64,000 bases of DNA. It comes from a bacterium (GTDB lineage Bacteria; Zhuqueibacterota; Zhuqueibacteria; Residuimicrobiales; Krinioviventaceae). Position 1 is the stretch's first letter, and every line of letters begins with the position of its first letter. Both the position numbers and the translations under genes were made by a program. The DNA lies in contig CAXXFV010000027.1 of NCBI GenBank assembly GCA_963674595.2, positions 160,001 to 224,000 of the forward strand. Reading direction: 5' to 3'. Shown here piece by piece: positions 53,091 through 63,401 of this stretch. A model generated the notes under the pieces. That model searched no databases. It was not told the origin of the DNA and worked only from the letters and a program-made list of their open reading frames with translations.

Positions 53091-53690
53091 ATGAACAATA
53101 AAGAAGCATTAGAACAAATAAAGCACATCAGGGCAATGATGGAAAAGGCCTATGAACAAATTATTTTTTCACCCTGGCAATGGATTGAATGGGGAATTTT
53201 GGTCATAATCGGTTGTTTAGCAACGATGTGGCTGGCCTCCCACCAACAAACATCTCATCTTTTGTTATTGTGGATATTGATTTTCATTATCGGAGGAGCC
53301 CTGGAAACACTTATTTGGATGAAAACAGCAGAAAAACGCGGGATAGAGCCATTCAATCCCTTTGTCATGAAAATTTGGGGAATTGCAGGAATAATAATGG
53401 TTCAGGCGATTGTACTGACTATTGTCTTTGGACACTTGCAAATGTATCAATTAATCCCTGGTTTATGGATGACATCTTTTTCAGGACTGTTTTTTATTCT
53501 TGTTATTATGGGGGCCAAAACTGAAATTTTAATGTTTGCAATCGTTCTGGCAATCGGAGGCATCCTTTCATTGTCGATTTTGGTCAATTATTCCATAATC
53601 TTGCTGATGATCAGTTTTGGAGTGAGTTGTATTGCTTTTGGTACATATTCCGTTTTAAATAAAAGAACAATGACAATAAAAAGTCGTTAG
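53091..53690 (+). CDS. Membrane protein (about 6 TM), partner of the HTH regulator
   Basis: 'EALEQIKHIRAMMEK' N-terminus followed by hydrophobic helices. Confidence 0.75.
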   Translation: MNNKEALEQIKHIRAMMEKAYEQIIFSPWQWIEWGILVIIGCLATMWLASHQQTSHLLLLWILIFIIGGALETLIWMKTAEKRGIEPFNPFVMKIWGIAGIIMVQAIVLTIVFGHLQMYQLIPGLWMTSFSGLFFILVIMGAKTEILMFAIVLAIGGILSLSILVNYSIILLMISFGVSCIAFGTYSVLNKRTMTIKSR

Positions 53691-53699
53691 GAGTTTAAA

Positions 53700-54452
53700 A
53701 TGAAAAAACTGTTTTATTTGCTGCTTATCTCTGTGGTACCTCTGTTTTCTCAGGAATTATCAGGACCGGATATTATTAAAAAAGTAAATGATTTGATGAA
53801 TCAGGAGACTGTTCAGTCTACCGTGATTATGAAAATAACAACATCTTCTGGTCAAAAAAGAACTTTTGAATATTTATCATACAGCAAAGATAAGGGTGAA
53901 AAAAACCTGATTATTTATACGCTGCCAAATCGTGTAAAAGGACAAAAAACTTTGATGTTAAATAATGCCGATGATATATGGGCCTATTTTGCCAGAACAA
54001 AACGAGTGCGAAAGCTGGCCTCCCATGCTAAAAAACAAAAAATGGAAGGCAGTGATTTTTCCTATGAAGATATGGGCTCAAACAATGCCTTTATTAATGA
54101 TTTTACAACAACCCGTCTGGATGATGAAAAAAAACAAGGTGCTGATTGTTTTAAAATTCAGCTCATAAAAAAGCAGGAAGCATCTTCAGCCTATAGTAAA
54201 ATGATAATGTGGGTTAGTAAGGAAAATTTTCTTCCTCTTGTTATAAATTATTATAATGAAGACCGTCCCGAGGTTGTTGAAAAAACACTGGTTCAGGAAG
54301 ATATTGTGATAATAGATAATATTGCCACAGCAAAAAAAATAATCATGACCAATCAAAACGACCAGACAAACACCATTTTGGAATTAAAGGATATTAAATA
54401 TAACGCTGAATTGGACGATGAAATGTTTACAGAAAGAGGTTTAAGAAAATGA
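53700..54452 (+). CDS. Outer-membrane lipoprotein-sorting (LolA-like) periplasmic protein
   Basis: Signal peptide, 'P..VKG...L', 'WAY...KRVRKL', 'GSDFSYEDM' and 'FTERGL' motifs. Confidence 0.85.
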   Translation: MKKLFYLLLISVVPLFSQELSGPDIIKKVNDLMNQETVQSTVIMKITTSSGQKRTFEYLSYSKDKGEKNLIIYTLPNRVKGQKTLMLNNADDIWAYFARTKRVRKLASHAKKQKMEGSDFSYEDMGSNNAFINDFTTTRLDDEKKQGADCFKIQLIKKQEASSAYSKMIMWVSKENFLPLVINYYNEDRPEVVEKTLVQEDIVIIDNIATAKKIIMTNQNDQTNTILELKDIKYNAELDDEMFTERGLRK

Positions 54453-55672
54453 AAAAGATTATTTATTTTCTTTTAATTCATTCGTCTATTGTTTTTTGTC
54501 AGGGGCTGGAGTGGTCCGGCTACTTTGAACCGCAAATGACCGGCATGAAAATTTCCGATAAATTTTATCAAATATCATCAAACAAACTTCGTCTTGATCT
54601 TGGTGCGCAACCTTCCGATAATGTCGAGTTTGGAGCAAATCTGATTTATATGACTTATCACGGAAAAACAGAATGGAACATTCTGGATTATTTACCTGAT
54701 AATGTTACAAAAGACATACCACCGGCGATGAAATCTGCTTTTGTTTTTACATACGGTGATTTGGTTGCTCCCTATGGTCCCTCCTTTCATGCAAGACCGG
54801 ACCGGATATTTTTGGATAATGCTTATATCAAATTAACATTCCCACGATTTGATTTAACAATCGGGAAACAGCAAATATCCATGGGAACCGGATATACCTG
54901 GAACCCCACCGATTTATTTAATTCAAAAGACGTTTTGGATCCAACATACGAACAACCGGGGCACAATGCCGTTCGGTTCGATATTCCATTAAACAATTCA
55001 TATACACTGGTATCCATTTATGCGCCTGAAGATGAGTGGAACAATTCTGTAAAGCTTGTTAAACTAAAAGGAAGAGTGAAGCACTTTGATTTTTCCCTTC
55101 TCTCAGCTCAACGATACTGGACTTTTACGGATTACACATACTTTCAGGCATCAGAGTATGACCGTAAAGTATTGGGTGGAGATCTTTCAGGAGAGCTTTT
55201 GGGAATGGGCGTTTGGTTTGAAGGTGCTAAAAATTTTCTTGACTATAAATCGGGTCTGAAAAATTCTCAACTTGAAGATTTTACAGAGTATGTTGTTGGT
55301 GGTGATTATACATTTGAATCTCAACTGTACATCATGACCGAGTTTTATCATAATTCCCTGGCGCCTAAGGACTATAAAGACTATACTCTGAATACCTGGA
55401 TGTGGATGTTGAACTCGGAGCTTAAATCTTTATGCCAGGACCAATTGACGGTGTTTGTGCAATACCCGGTTACTGACTTGTTAAATGCCGGTTGCTCCAC
55501 GTTGTACAGTATTTCCGATAACAGCACAGCGCTGGTGCCCACGTTGATTTATAATGTTTTTGAGGATGTTGAAATAACCGCTTTTGGGAATTTTTATCTT
55601 GGAAAAGAAGGTCGATGCTACTCTCAAAATTTGGGAAATGGCGGTCTAATAAGATTACGATATTATTTTTAA
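54449..55672 (+). CDS. Probable outer-membrane beta-barrel protein
   Basis: Signal peptide, 'DNAYI...DLTIGKQQI..G.G..WNPTD' and terminal 'IRLRYYF'. Confidence 0.75.
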   Translation: MKKIIYFLLIHSSIVFCQGLEWSGYFEPQMTGMKISDKFYQISSNKLRLDLGAQPSDNVEFGANLIYMTYHGKTEWNILDYLPDNVTKDIPPAMKSAFVFTYGDLVAPYGPSFHARPDRIFLDNAYIKLTFPRFDLTIGKQQISMGTGYTWNPTDLFNSKDVLDPTYEQPGHNAVRFDIPLNNSYTLVSIYAPEDEWNNSVKLVKLKGRVKHFDFSLLSAQRYWTFTDYTYFQASEYDRKVLGGDLSGELLGMGVWFEGAKNFLDYKSGLKNSQLEDFTEYVVGGDYTFESQLYIMTEFYHNSLAPKDYKDYTLNTWMWMLNSELKSLCQDQLTVFVQYPVTDLLNAGCSTLYSISDNSTALVPTLIYNVFEDVEITAFGNFYLGKEGRCYSQNLGNGGLIRLRYYF

Positions 55673-55686
55673 CAGGTAATATTATC

Positions 55687-56082
55687 ATGAAAAGCCTGAA
55701 TTTTTGGTTATATATTTTTAACGCCGTTCTGATTATTTTACACGAAATCGAATCGGCCTATTGGAAAGAGTGGAAATTATTTAAAAAAGTGAATCAATTA
55801 TGGAAAGAAGAAACCGAATTGACGTTTTTTCTGGTGATACACATTCCATTTTTGGTGCTGTTTTTTATCGGTATTGTTGAACTCGAACAAAATTCCCTTC
55901 TAGGAATCATTATTACTATAATTTTAAATATAGCAGGAATAGCTGCTTTTAGCATTCATATGTATTTTATTAAAAAGGGACGTAAAGAATTTAAACTACC
56001 GATATCCTATTCAATTTTATCACTATTATTATCAACCTCGATAGCTCAATTATTCATTCAAATTTTTAAACTGACTATTTGA
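55687..56082 (+). CDS. Small membrane protein with HExxS motif (DUF6713-like)
   Basis: 'LIILHEIESAYWKEW.LF' and 'FLVIHIP'. Four TM helices. Confidence 0.7.
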   Translation: MKSLNFWLYIFNAVLIILHEIESAYWKEWKLFKKVNQLWKEETELTFFLVIHIPFLVLFFIGIVELEQNSLLGIIITIILNIAGIAAFSIHMYFIKKGRKEFKLPISYSILSLLLSTSIAQLFIQIFKLTI

Positions 56083-56098
56083 TGAAGGAAAAGGAAAA

Positions 56099-58931
56099 AT
56101 GAGAGAACAATTATTGAAAAAACTGGCTGATATTCACGCTAAAAAACCGTGGATGATGATCTTTGTCGTATTAATCATCACAATGATATTCGCCGGCTTG
56201 TCAACCCGTTTGTCCATGACCATGCGATGGTCTGACCTTTTGCCGTCAAATGATCCGCGTACGGTAGAATTTAATAACATTATTGATGAGTTTGTTAGTG
56301 CCACCAGCCTTATTGTTGTTATACAAGGTGAGGAAGATAAGATCAAATCTTATGCGGAACATATCGTGCCGATAATACAAACTCTTGAAGATACCTCACG
56401 AAATGAAAAAAGTCAAAGCAAAATTCAAAAAAATATCGATAAAATTGCTTTAGCAAAAAAGAAAAATGATACAGAAAAAGTCAACAAACTTTTATCTGAA
56501 AATATATCGTTAAAAAATAATATTAACAAAAAACTAATAAAAAGGATCGATTATAAAAATGAAGCAGATTTTATTAAAAATCATGGCCTTATGTTAATAA
56601 AACAAGATGATTTAAAAAATCTGATGCATGTTTTCACCGATCCTAACCTGACAGGGTTTGTCACAAATTTAAACAACAGTTTGGAAAAAGAATACACCGG
56701 AAGAGACGAATCACTAAGCACGCGAGAAAAAGAGGACCAGGCCATTGCCACGCTTGATGCTGTTAAAGATTTTGTTTTACTTGTAGATCAGTATGGAAAA
56801 ACAGGAAAGATTTCGGATGATAAAGTGCATGAGGTGGTTGATAAATTTTTAATCGGTGAACCCTACTTTCTCTCCTATGACAAATCAGCTTTAATTTTAA
56901 ATGTTATTCCCAATTTTACAATGATGGATGCCGATTACATGGTAACATGTACAGATGCCGTACAAAAAATCATTGATCAATCACAATCCAGCTATCCGGA
57001 TGTTAAAGTGGGATTGACAGGTATGATCGCTGTCGGCCGTGATGAAATGGTATATTCCGAACAAAGCCTGGGTATTACCAGCGTTGTTGCTTTTATAGCA
57101 ATTTTAATTATGCTCATGATATCATTCCGAATGCTGACAGCTCCCCTTCTTGCCGGATTGAATCTTGTTATCGGCATAATTTGGGCAACCGGTATGGCCG
57201 CCGTTGCAGTCGGCGAACTGAATTTTATGACATCCATGTTCGCGGTTATATTAATCGGACTTGGTATAGATTTTTCCATCCACCTTATTTCCGGTTTTAC
57301 TGAAAAAACCTCAGAAGGTAAATCGATACAAGAAGCTATGGAGCAGACATTTTTAAAATCCGGCAAAGGTATTATAACCGGTGGTTTAACAACGGCCACT
57401 GCCTTTTTAACCCTCATTATCAGCGGCTCCCGGGGGATGAAGGAAATGGGTATTGTCAGCGGTTTGGGTTTGATTGCTATTTTAGTTTCCACACTCCTTT
57501 TCCTGCCCTCTCTTTTAACGATTCGTCAGAGGTTTATGCTGCGTGTAAAGAATAATCAAAAAACACCACAGTCAAAGGATTTATCTTTTCAATTTTTGGG
57601 TAATATAGCGCAAAAGTTTGAAAAGAACTATATATTTACACTTGTTGGGGCTGGAATTGTAACCATATTTTTATTCATTTATGCTATGGAAATCAAGTTT
57701 GATCATAATTATATGAATATTGAACCGGAAGGTTTGACATCTATTGCCCTACAGGATACGATTTTAGAAAAATTTGACATGAGCATGGACTATGGACTTG
57801 CGTTGGCAAATTCCAGCCAGGAATCAAATAAACTGGCAAAAGGATATAAAAAGCTATCATCTGTTGCGTCTGTTGAGGATATTTCAGCCTATCTTCCTTC
57901 CAATGAAGATCAACTGGCTAGAAAATATTTAATTGAAAAAATAAGAAAGGAAATGTTGAATAGTAATATCAAATCCCGTATTTTACCTAATGATTTTGAT
58001 AATTTGATCAAACAGATAGCACGTCTTGAAGAGAATGTTATTGAAATACAGGATATGGCATTTCTTGGCGGACAGGATAAAGTTGATAATAAATGTAAGG
58101 AATTGGTCGGTGAACCGGATAAGGAAAATTCCAGTTTAATTGCACAGATATTAGCACGACTTGAAAAAAATCCCCAAGTCGCCTTACAAAATTTACAAGA
58201 CTTTCAAAAACAATTTTCTCCCTATTATAAATCATCTGTTTTACAAATGACAAATACGGAGCAGATTACTATTAACTCGTTACCGGAATCTATTCTTGAC
58301 AGATATTGTAATAAAAAACGGGACAAATTTCTTGTAACTGTTTTCCCATCAGGAAATGTGTGGCAAGATTCGAAATTTTTTAGACCGATTTGCAGATGAC
58401 CTTGCCTATATTTCTCCCAGCGCCACCGGGATGCCGCCGGTATTCAGAGCGTTAATGGAGATTATCGGTAAAGATGGCCGCTATGCAGCCCTTTTAACTA
58501 TAGTTATCATGTTTTTACTTTTATGGTATGATTTTAAGAGTCCGTTTTATGCATTAATCGCCCTCATTCCATTAGGATTTGGTGCTATATGGATGGTGGG
58601 ACTCATGCATTTAACCGGACAGCAATTGACGGTGATGAATGTGATGGGAATACCTTTAATTATCGGAATTGGTATTGATGACGGGGTCCATATTATTCAT
58701 CGCTGGATAAGTGAAGGAAAAATGAATATCAAACTCGTTTTTTCCAGTACAGGAAAGGCGATATTATTAACATCCTTAACAACCATGTTGGGTTTTGGAT
58801 CTTTGATCTTTTCTGTTTGGAGAGGTTTTGGTCAGCTCGGCAGCGCTCTTTTTGTGGGCGTAGCAGCCTGTTTTTTAACTACAGTAATAATTTTACCGGC
58901 AATTTTTAAATTAATTAACAACAAAAAATAG
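56099..58931 (+). CDS. MMPL/RND (HpnN-like) lipid transporter, split by one extra base at about 58376-58381
   Basis: 'GLGIDFSIH' and 'GIGIDDGVH' TM motifs lie in two ORFs. Deleting one T from the T6 run joins them as ...SKFLDRFADD... (about 943 aa). Confidence 0.85.
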
Positions 58932-58948
58932 ATTAACAACAGAGTATC

Positions 58949-59416
58949 ATGAAAATTAACATTATAGCAGTCGGCAAAATTCAGAACAAGGATTTCGATA
59001 GTTTATGTAAACTATATCAAAATCGAATTCAGAAATATACTAATTTTCAATTAAACTTTGTTAAACCTGTAAAAATTTCAACACTATCCGATAAAGAAAT
59101 AATTGAAAAAGAGGAAAAAAGGTTATTAGAACAAAGTTCATCGTCAGATTATATTATCGCTCTTGATCAACGTGGAAAACAAATGAGTTCTGATAATTTT
59201 GCTTCCTTTTTTTCAAAACTAATGCTTGACCGAGTCAAAAATCCCACATTTATAATTGGGGGGCCGCTGGGACTGGGAAAAAATATTATAGAAAAATCCA
59301 GTTATGTATTATCATTATCCAAAATGACTTTTGTGCACGAACAGGCCCTTGTTCTTTTATTAGAACAAATATACCGTTCGATGACAATTTTAAAAGGAGA
59401 AAAATATCACAAATAA
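58949..59416 (+). CDS. rlmH: 23S rRNA pseudouridine-1915 N3-methyltransferase
   Basis: 'IAVGK', 'LD.RGKQMSS', 'FIIGGP.G' and 'LSLSKMTF.H....LLLEQIYR......YHK'. Confidence 0.93.
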   Translation: MKINIIAVGKIQNKDFDSLCKLYQNRIQKYTNFQLNFVKPVKISTLSDKEIIEKEEKRLLEQSSSSDYIIALDQRGKQMSSDNFASFFSKLMLDRVKNPTFIIGGPLGLGKNIIEKSSYVLSLSKMTFVHEQALVLLLEQIYRSMTILKGEKYHK

Positions 59417-59502
59417 AAAAAATCCACCACTTACTGCGATGGATTAAATAAAGGTCAGTTAATTGTTCGTCCCCCGCTGCTTTGGCAGCTCTTGTATTTT
59501 TA

Positions 59503-59736
59503 TTATTCTAATATTTCAAGAGTTGCATGTTTGCCCGCTTTACGTGCCACAGCACTCAGCAAGACTCTAATGGAATGAGCTGTTCTGCCGTTTTTTCCAA
59601 TTACTTTACCCATATCGGGGCTGGTCAACTTTTAATTCATAAACGACTGTAGTTTCCCCCAAAAACTTCTGTTACTCTTACTTTATCCGGATTATCTACC
59701 AGATGTTTTACGACAAATTCCTACAAACTCTTTCAT
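59503..59736 (-). pseudogene. khpA: KH-domain RNA-binding protein with three single-base insertions (probably assembly errors)
   Basis: Removing 3 homopolymer bases gives MKEFVEFVVKHLVDNPDKVRVTEV...[45 protein letters not shown], with the KH GxxG loop. Confidence 0.85.
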
Positions 59737-59881
59737 AACCTGAACCCCTTCTCATTGGGTGTTAGCGTCAGATGAATTATCGTCTCAAACTTGATGAATT
59801 TGTAACAAAACCGAGAACAATTAAATTCCTATTTCTTCTCCTTTATTTTTTCCACAAGCTATTTTTTTTTAGTACTTTATT

Positions 59882-59910
59882 AATATATTCATAAACATAA
59901 GAGATGTCAA
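59882..59910 (-). promoter_or_regulatory. Sigma70 promoter for khpA
   Basis: Minus strand TTGACA-N17-TATATT. Confidence 0.6.
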
Positions 59911-59963
59911 GAGAAAAAAAGAAATTTTTATATTGAACATACTGTTTACATGATAAATTTTTC

Positions 59964-59991
59964 TTGACTTTAAAGGAAATTTTTGTATATT
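59964..59991 (+). promoter_or_regulatory. Sigma70 promoter for groESL
   Basis: TTGACT-N16-TATATT just upstream of the CIRCE. Confidence 0.6.
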
Positions 59992-59999
59992 AATCGTCG

Positions 60000-60026
60000 T
60001 TAGCACTCTAATGAATAGAGTGCTAA
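60000..60026 (+). promoter_or_regulatory. CIRCE element (HrcA operator)
   Basis: Exact consensus TTAGCACTC-N9-GAGTGCTAA upstream of groES. Confidence 0.97.
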
Positions 60027-60075
60027 CATAGAACTGAAATAACAAACAATTAAGTTAAAAATATGGAGGCTTTAA

Positions 60076-60360
60076 ATGAACATTAAACCTTTAGCAGACC
60101 GCGTTGTCGTCAAGCCTGCTGAACAAGAAGAAGTAAAACAAGGAAGTATCATTATTCCTGATACAGCAAAAGAGAAACCTCAAGAAGGTGTTATCGTTGC
60201 TGCCGGTCCTGGAAAAATTTCTGAAAGCGGCACCAAAGTTGCTATGGAAGTTAAAGTCGGCGACAAAGTTTTATATGGAAAATATTCTGGTACAGAAGTT
60301 ACTGTAAATGGTGAAGATTATTTGATTATGCGCGAAAGCGATATACTTGCTGTTATATAA
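60076..60360 (+). CDS. groES: Co-chaperonin GroES
   Basis: '[10 protein letters not shown]', '[14 protein letters not shown]' and 'KYSGTEV' motifs. Confidence 0.98.
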   Translation: MNIKPLADRVVVKPAEQEEVKQGSIIIPDTAKEKPQEGVIVAAGPGKISESGTKVAMEVKVGDKVLYGKYSGTEVTVNGEDYLIMRESDILAVI

Positions 60361-60398
60361 TTTTTATTTGAAATTGCGAAATTGGAGGATATATAAAC

Positions 60399-62042
60399 AT
60401 GTCTAAAATTATAACTTTTGATTCTGAAGCGAGAAATGCACTTAAAAAAGGTGTAGATCAGCTTTCAAATGCTGTAAAAACAACTTTGGGACCTAAAGGC
60501 CGTAATGTTGTTATTGATAAAAAATTTGGTGCTCCAACTGTTACCAAAGATGGTGTAACCGTTGCAAAAGAAATTGAATTGGAAGATCCAATTGAGAATA
60601 TGGGCGCCCAGATGGTTAAAGAAGTTGCTTCCAAAACAAGTGATGTTGCCGGTGATGGAACAACAACTGCCACTGTATTGGCACAAGGTATTGTAAGAGA
60701 AGGTTTGAAAAACGTAACAGCCGGATCAAATCCAATGTCCTTAAAACGTGGAATTGAAAAAGGCGTTAAAGCAGTTATCCAAGAGCTGCAAAAAATGAGC
60801 AAACCGCTTCCTGGAAAAACCGAAATTGCCCAGGTTGGCGCTATTTCTGCCAATAACGACAAAGAAATCGGTGATTTAATTGCTGATGCTATGGAAAAAG
60901 TCGGAAAAGACGGTGTTATTACTGTTGAAGAAGCAAAAACAATGGAAACCAGCCTTGAAGTTGTTGAAGGTATGCAGTTTGATCGTGGTTACTTGTCACC
61001 CTATTTTGTAACCGATTCCGACAGCATGGAAGCTGTTTTGGAAGAACCTTCAATTTTAATATATGATAAAAAAATCAGTGCCATGAAAGACCTTCTTCCA
61101 ATTTTGGAAAAAGTTGCACAAATGGGCAAACCATTAATGATTATTGCCGAAGATGTTGAAGGCGAAGCATTGGCCACACTGGTTGTTAATAAATTACGCG
61201 GTACTATTAAAGTTGCTGCTGTTAAAGCTCCTGGCTTTGGCGACAGAAGAAAAGAAATGTTGCAAGACATTGCTATTTTAACCGGTGGCCGTGTTATTTC
61301 TGAAGAAACCGGTTTCAAACTGGAAAATGCTACAATTACCGATCTTGGTAAAGCCAAACGAATCAACATCGATAAAGACAACACAACCATCGTTGAAGGC
61401 GGCGGTTCTACTGAAGACATTAAAGGCCGAATCAGTCAAATCAAAAAACAGATTGAAGCTTCAACATCTGATTATGATAGAGAAAAATTACAGGAACGTC
61501 TTGCCAAATTAGCCGGCGGTGTTGCTGTATTAAATGTTGGTGCCGCTACAGAAGTTGAAATGAAAGAAAAGAAAGCACGAGTTGAAGATGCACTTCATGC
61601 AACACGCGCTGCTGTTGAAGAAGGTATCATTCCTGGTGGTGGAGTTTCTTTTGTACGCGCTATTCCTGCACTTGATAATGTTAAAGCAGAAGGCGACGAA
61701 AAAATTGGTATCAACATTTTACGTCGTGTTTTGGAAGAGCCACTCCGACAGATTTCAAACAATGCCGGATGGGAAGGTTCTATTGTTATACAAAAAGTTA
61801 AAGAAGGTAATGATGGTTTTGGCTTTAACGCAGAAACTGAAACATTTGAAGATCTGTACAAAGCCGGTGTTATTGATCCGACTAAAGTTGCAAGAACAGC
61901 TTTGGAAAATGCATCATCCGTTGCTGCACTCTTGTTAATGACGGAAGCAACCATCGTTGATAAGCCTGAACCCAAATCAGCAGCTCCAGCCATGCCCGGC
62001 GGAGACATGGGTGGTATGGGCGGAATGGGCGGAATGTACTAA
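60399..62042 (+). CDS. groEL: Chaperonin GroEL
   Basis: '[10 protein letters not shown]', '[11 protein letters not shown]', 'APGFGDRRK' and GGM tail. Confidence 0.99.
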   Translation: MSKIITFDSEARNALKKGVDQLSNAVKTTLGPKGRNVVIDKKFGAPTVTKDGVTVAKEIELEDPIENMGAQMVKEVASKTSDVAGDGTTTATVLAQGIVREGLKNVTAGSNPMSLKRGIEKGVKAVIQELQKMSKPLPGKTEIAQVGAISANNDKEIGDLIADAMEKVGKDGVITVEEAKTMETSLEVVEGMQFDRGYLSPYFVTDSDSMEAVLEEPSILIYDKKISAMKDLLPILEKVAQMGKPLMIIAEDVEGEALATLVVNKLRGTIKVAAVKAPGFGDRRKEMLQDIAILTGGRVISEETGFKLENATITDLGKAKRINIDKDNTTIVEGGGSTEDIKGRISQIKKQIEASTSDYDREKLQERLAKLAGGVAVLNVGAATEVEMKEKKARVEDALHATRAAVEEGIIPGGGVSFVRAIPALDNVKAEGDEKIGINILRRVLEEPLRQISNNAGWEGSIVIQKVKEGNDGFGFNAETETFEDLYKAGVIDPTKVARTALENASSVAALLLMTEATIVDKPEPKSAAPAMPGGDMGGMGGMGGMY

Positions 62043-62060
62043 AATTTGCCCCTTTAGAAT

Positions 62061-62095
62061 AAAAAACCCCTGCTTTTTGCAGGGGTTTTCTTTTT
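62061..62095. terminator. Bidirectional intrinsic terminator
   Basis: AAAACCCCTGC-ttttt-GCAGGGGTTTT. Confidence 0.9.
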
Positions 62096-63053
62096 ATTGC
62101 ATTCTTTTTATTTGTAAATCCTGCAACTCTTTCCATCCTACTAATATTATTCCCAACTCTTTTAATTTCTGTTTCGTTTCTTCTGCTTTAAAAAATTTGT
62201 AATCAAACTCTCTTCTATACCAAACACTGGAAATAGCTTTCATTTCATCTGAGGGTAATGCTGCATGAATATAAAGTTCTGAAACACCCGGTTTCAACTG
62301 TTCAAATAATTGATAATATTCTTCAACAGTTTCCTGGTAAGTTTTTCCGTGTTTTACTGTTTCCAGATAGTCCGGTAATACAAAGCCGGATTCAACCAGT
62401 TGCTGAGCATACAACTCTATTTCTTTAATTTTTTCAGGCGGCTGCACAGCTTTATATGAATCACTTAAATTGCGGGGTAAGCGAAATGGTAATTGATATT
62501 CTTTAGCCAGTTTGAAAATAACATCAAAGAAATGACGTCCGGTTTCAAGTCCGTATAAAGACCCCATGTGGTTATCGAAATGGGTTGGTTTCATCCCGTA
62601 TTGTAAAAGCTTGTTTATCTGCGCACGGCATTCGATTTCAACCTGATTCTTGTCAGCATTTTGTTCAATATATAAATTTTCTTCAGGGAAAAAATTTTCC
62701 ATAGTTAACACTGAAGAGACATTGTTTGATGAAGCAACACTCCCCCATTTATAATATTTCCATTCGGAGGTAAATGTCAAATGAACGCCCACATCAACGG
62801 ATGGATTTTTTAAACAGAAATCAACAGCTTCCTTAACCCAGGGACACGGAACCATTATAGTTGCCGACGTAATATCGTTGGACAATAACAATTCACTCGT
62901 GGCTTTATTTTCCGAATGGCACATACCAAAGTCGTCAGCATTTACTATTAATAGACGGTCTGTTGCTTTATAACCGAGTAATTGACCGGTTGAATTGGTT
63001 TGAGCAAATAAATTTGCAGTTATTAAAAAAATTAATAAAAATAGCTTTTTCAC
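62094..63053 (-). CDS. Exported YdjC/ChbG family carbohydrate deacetylase (GTG start)
   Basis: 'IVNADDFGM', 'GVHLT', 'HFDNHM' and 'ELYIH' motifs. Signal peptide. Confidence 0.88.
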   Translation of the reverse strand: MKKLFLLIFLITANLFAQTNSTGQLLGYKATDRLLIVNADDFGMCHSENKATSELLLSNDITSATIMVPCPWVKEAVDFCLKNPSVDVGVHLTFTSEWKYYKWGSVASSNNVSSVLTMENFFPEENLYIEQNADKNQVEIECRAQINKLLQYGMKPTHFDNHMGSLYGLETGRHFFDVIFKLAKEYQLPFRLPRNLSDSYKAVQPPEKIKEIELYAQQLVESGFVLPDYLETVKHGKTYQETVEEYYQLFEQLKPGVSELYIHAALPSDEMKAISSVWYRREFDYKFFKAEETKQKLKELGIILVGWKELQDLQIKRMQ

Positions 63054-63189
63054 AAGGCCTCCCGTGTAGTAAAATACGACATTTCAATTAATGCAAAATA
63101 CGACACACCATAAAAATCGTGATTTATTGGAAAATTTTCGAAAAAATTCGTATTTTTTTCATTTTTTTTCGAAAAAATAAATTTTTTAC

Positions 63190-63217
63190 TTGACATTTAC
63201 ATCAAAAATGTTATATT
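63190..63217 (+). promoter_or_regulatory. Near-consensus sigma70 promoter with no downstream gene
   Basis: TTGACA-N16-TATATT with extended -10 TG. Confidence 0.7.
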
Positions 63218-63223
63218 TATATC

Positions 63224-63320
63224 AGCGTTACAGACAACGCGATTTCAGATGTAAGTGTGATGTGGTGTGGTTGGGTGAATGTTGAAAAGGATGACGGTTT
63301 TAATCGTCATCCTTTTCTAT
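63224..63320 (+). ncRNA. Candidate ~95-nt small RNA
   Basis: Promoter, 5' hairpin GCGTT/AACGC, GU-rich unpaired tract and terminator GAAAAGGATGACG/CGTCATCCTTTTC. No RBS-led ORF. Confidence 0.65.
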
Positions 63321-63347
63321 TTATACGCAAAAATTTTCGAAAAAAAT

Positions 63348-63383
63348 AAAAAAAGGCGAGTTATTTAAAACTCGCCTTTTTTT
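63348..63383 (-). terminator. Intrinsic terminator of the last gene
   Basis: A7-GGCGAGTT-attta-aAACTCGCC-T7. Confidence 0.85.
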
Positions 63384-63401
63384 ATCAGAATATTTTTTTA
63401 A

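Noticed and set aside
58370-58385. Programmed frameshift in MMPL at AAATTTTTT
   Set aside because: A +1 shift is needed rather than the -1 typical of such heptamers, and nearby homopolymer errors point to an artefact.
56099-63053. Hopanoid cluster (HpnN-like MMPL plus HpnK-family deacetylase)
   Set aside because: The genes are separated by rlmH, khpA and groESL, lie on opposite strands, and no squalene-hopene cyclase or other hpn genes are present.
63260-63349. Short ORF MWCGWVNVEK... across the sRNA
   Set aside because: It has no RBS and runs through the terminator hairpin.
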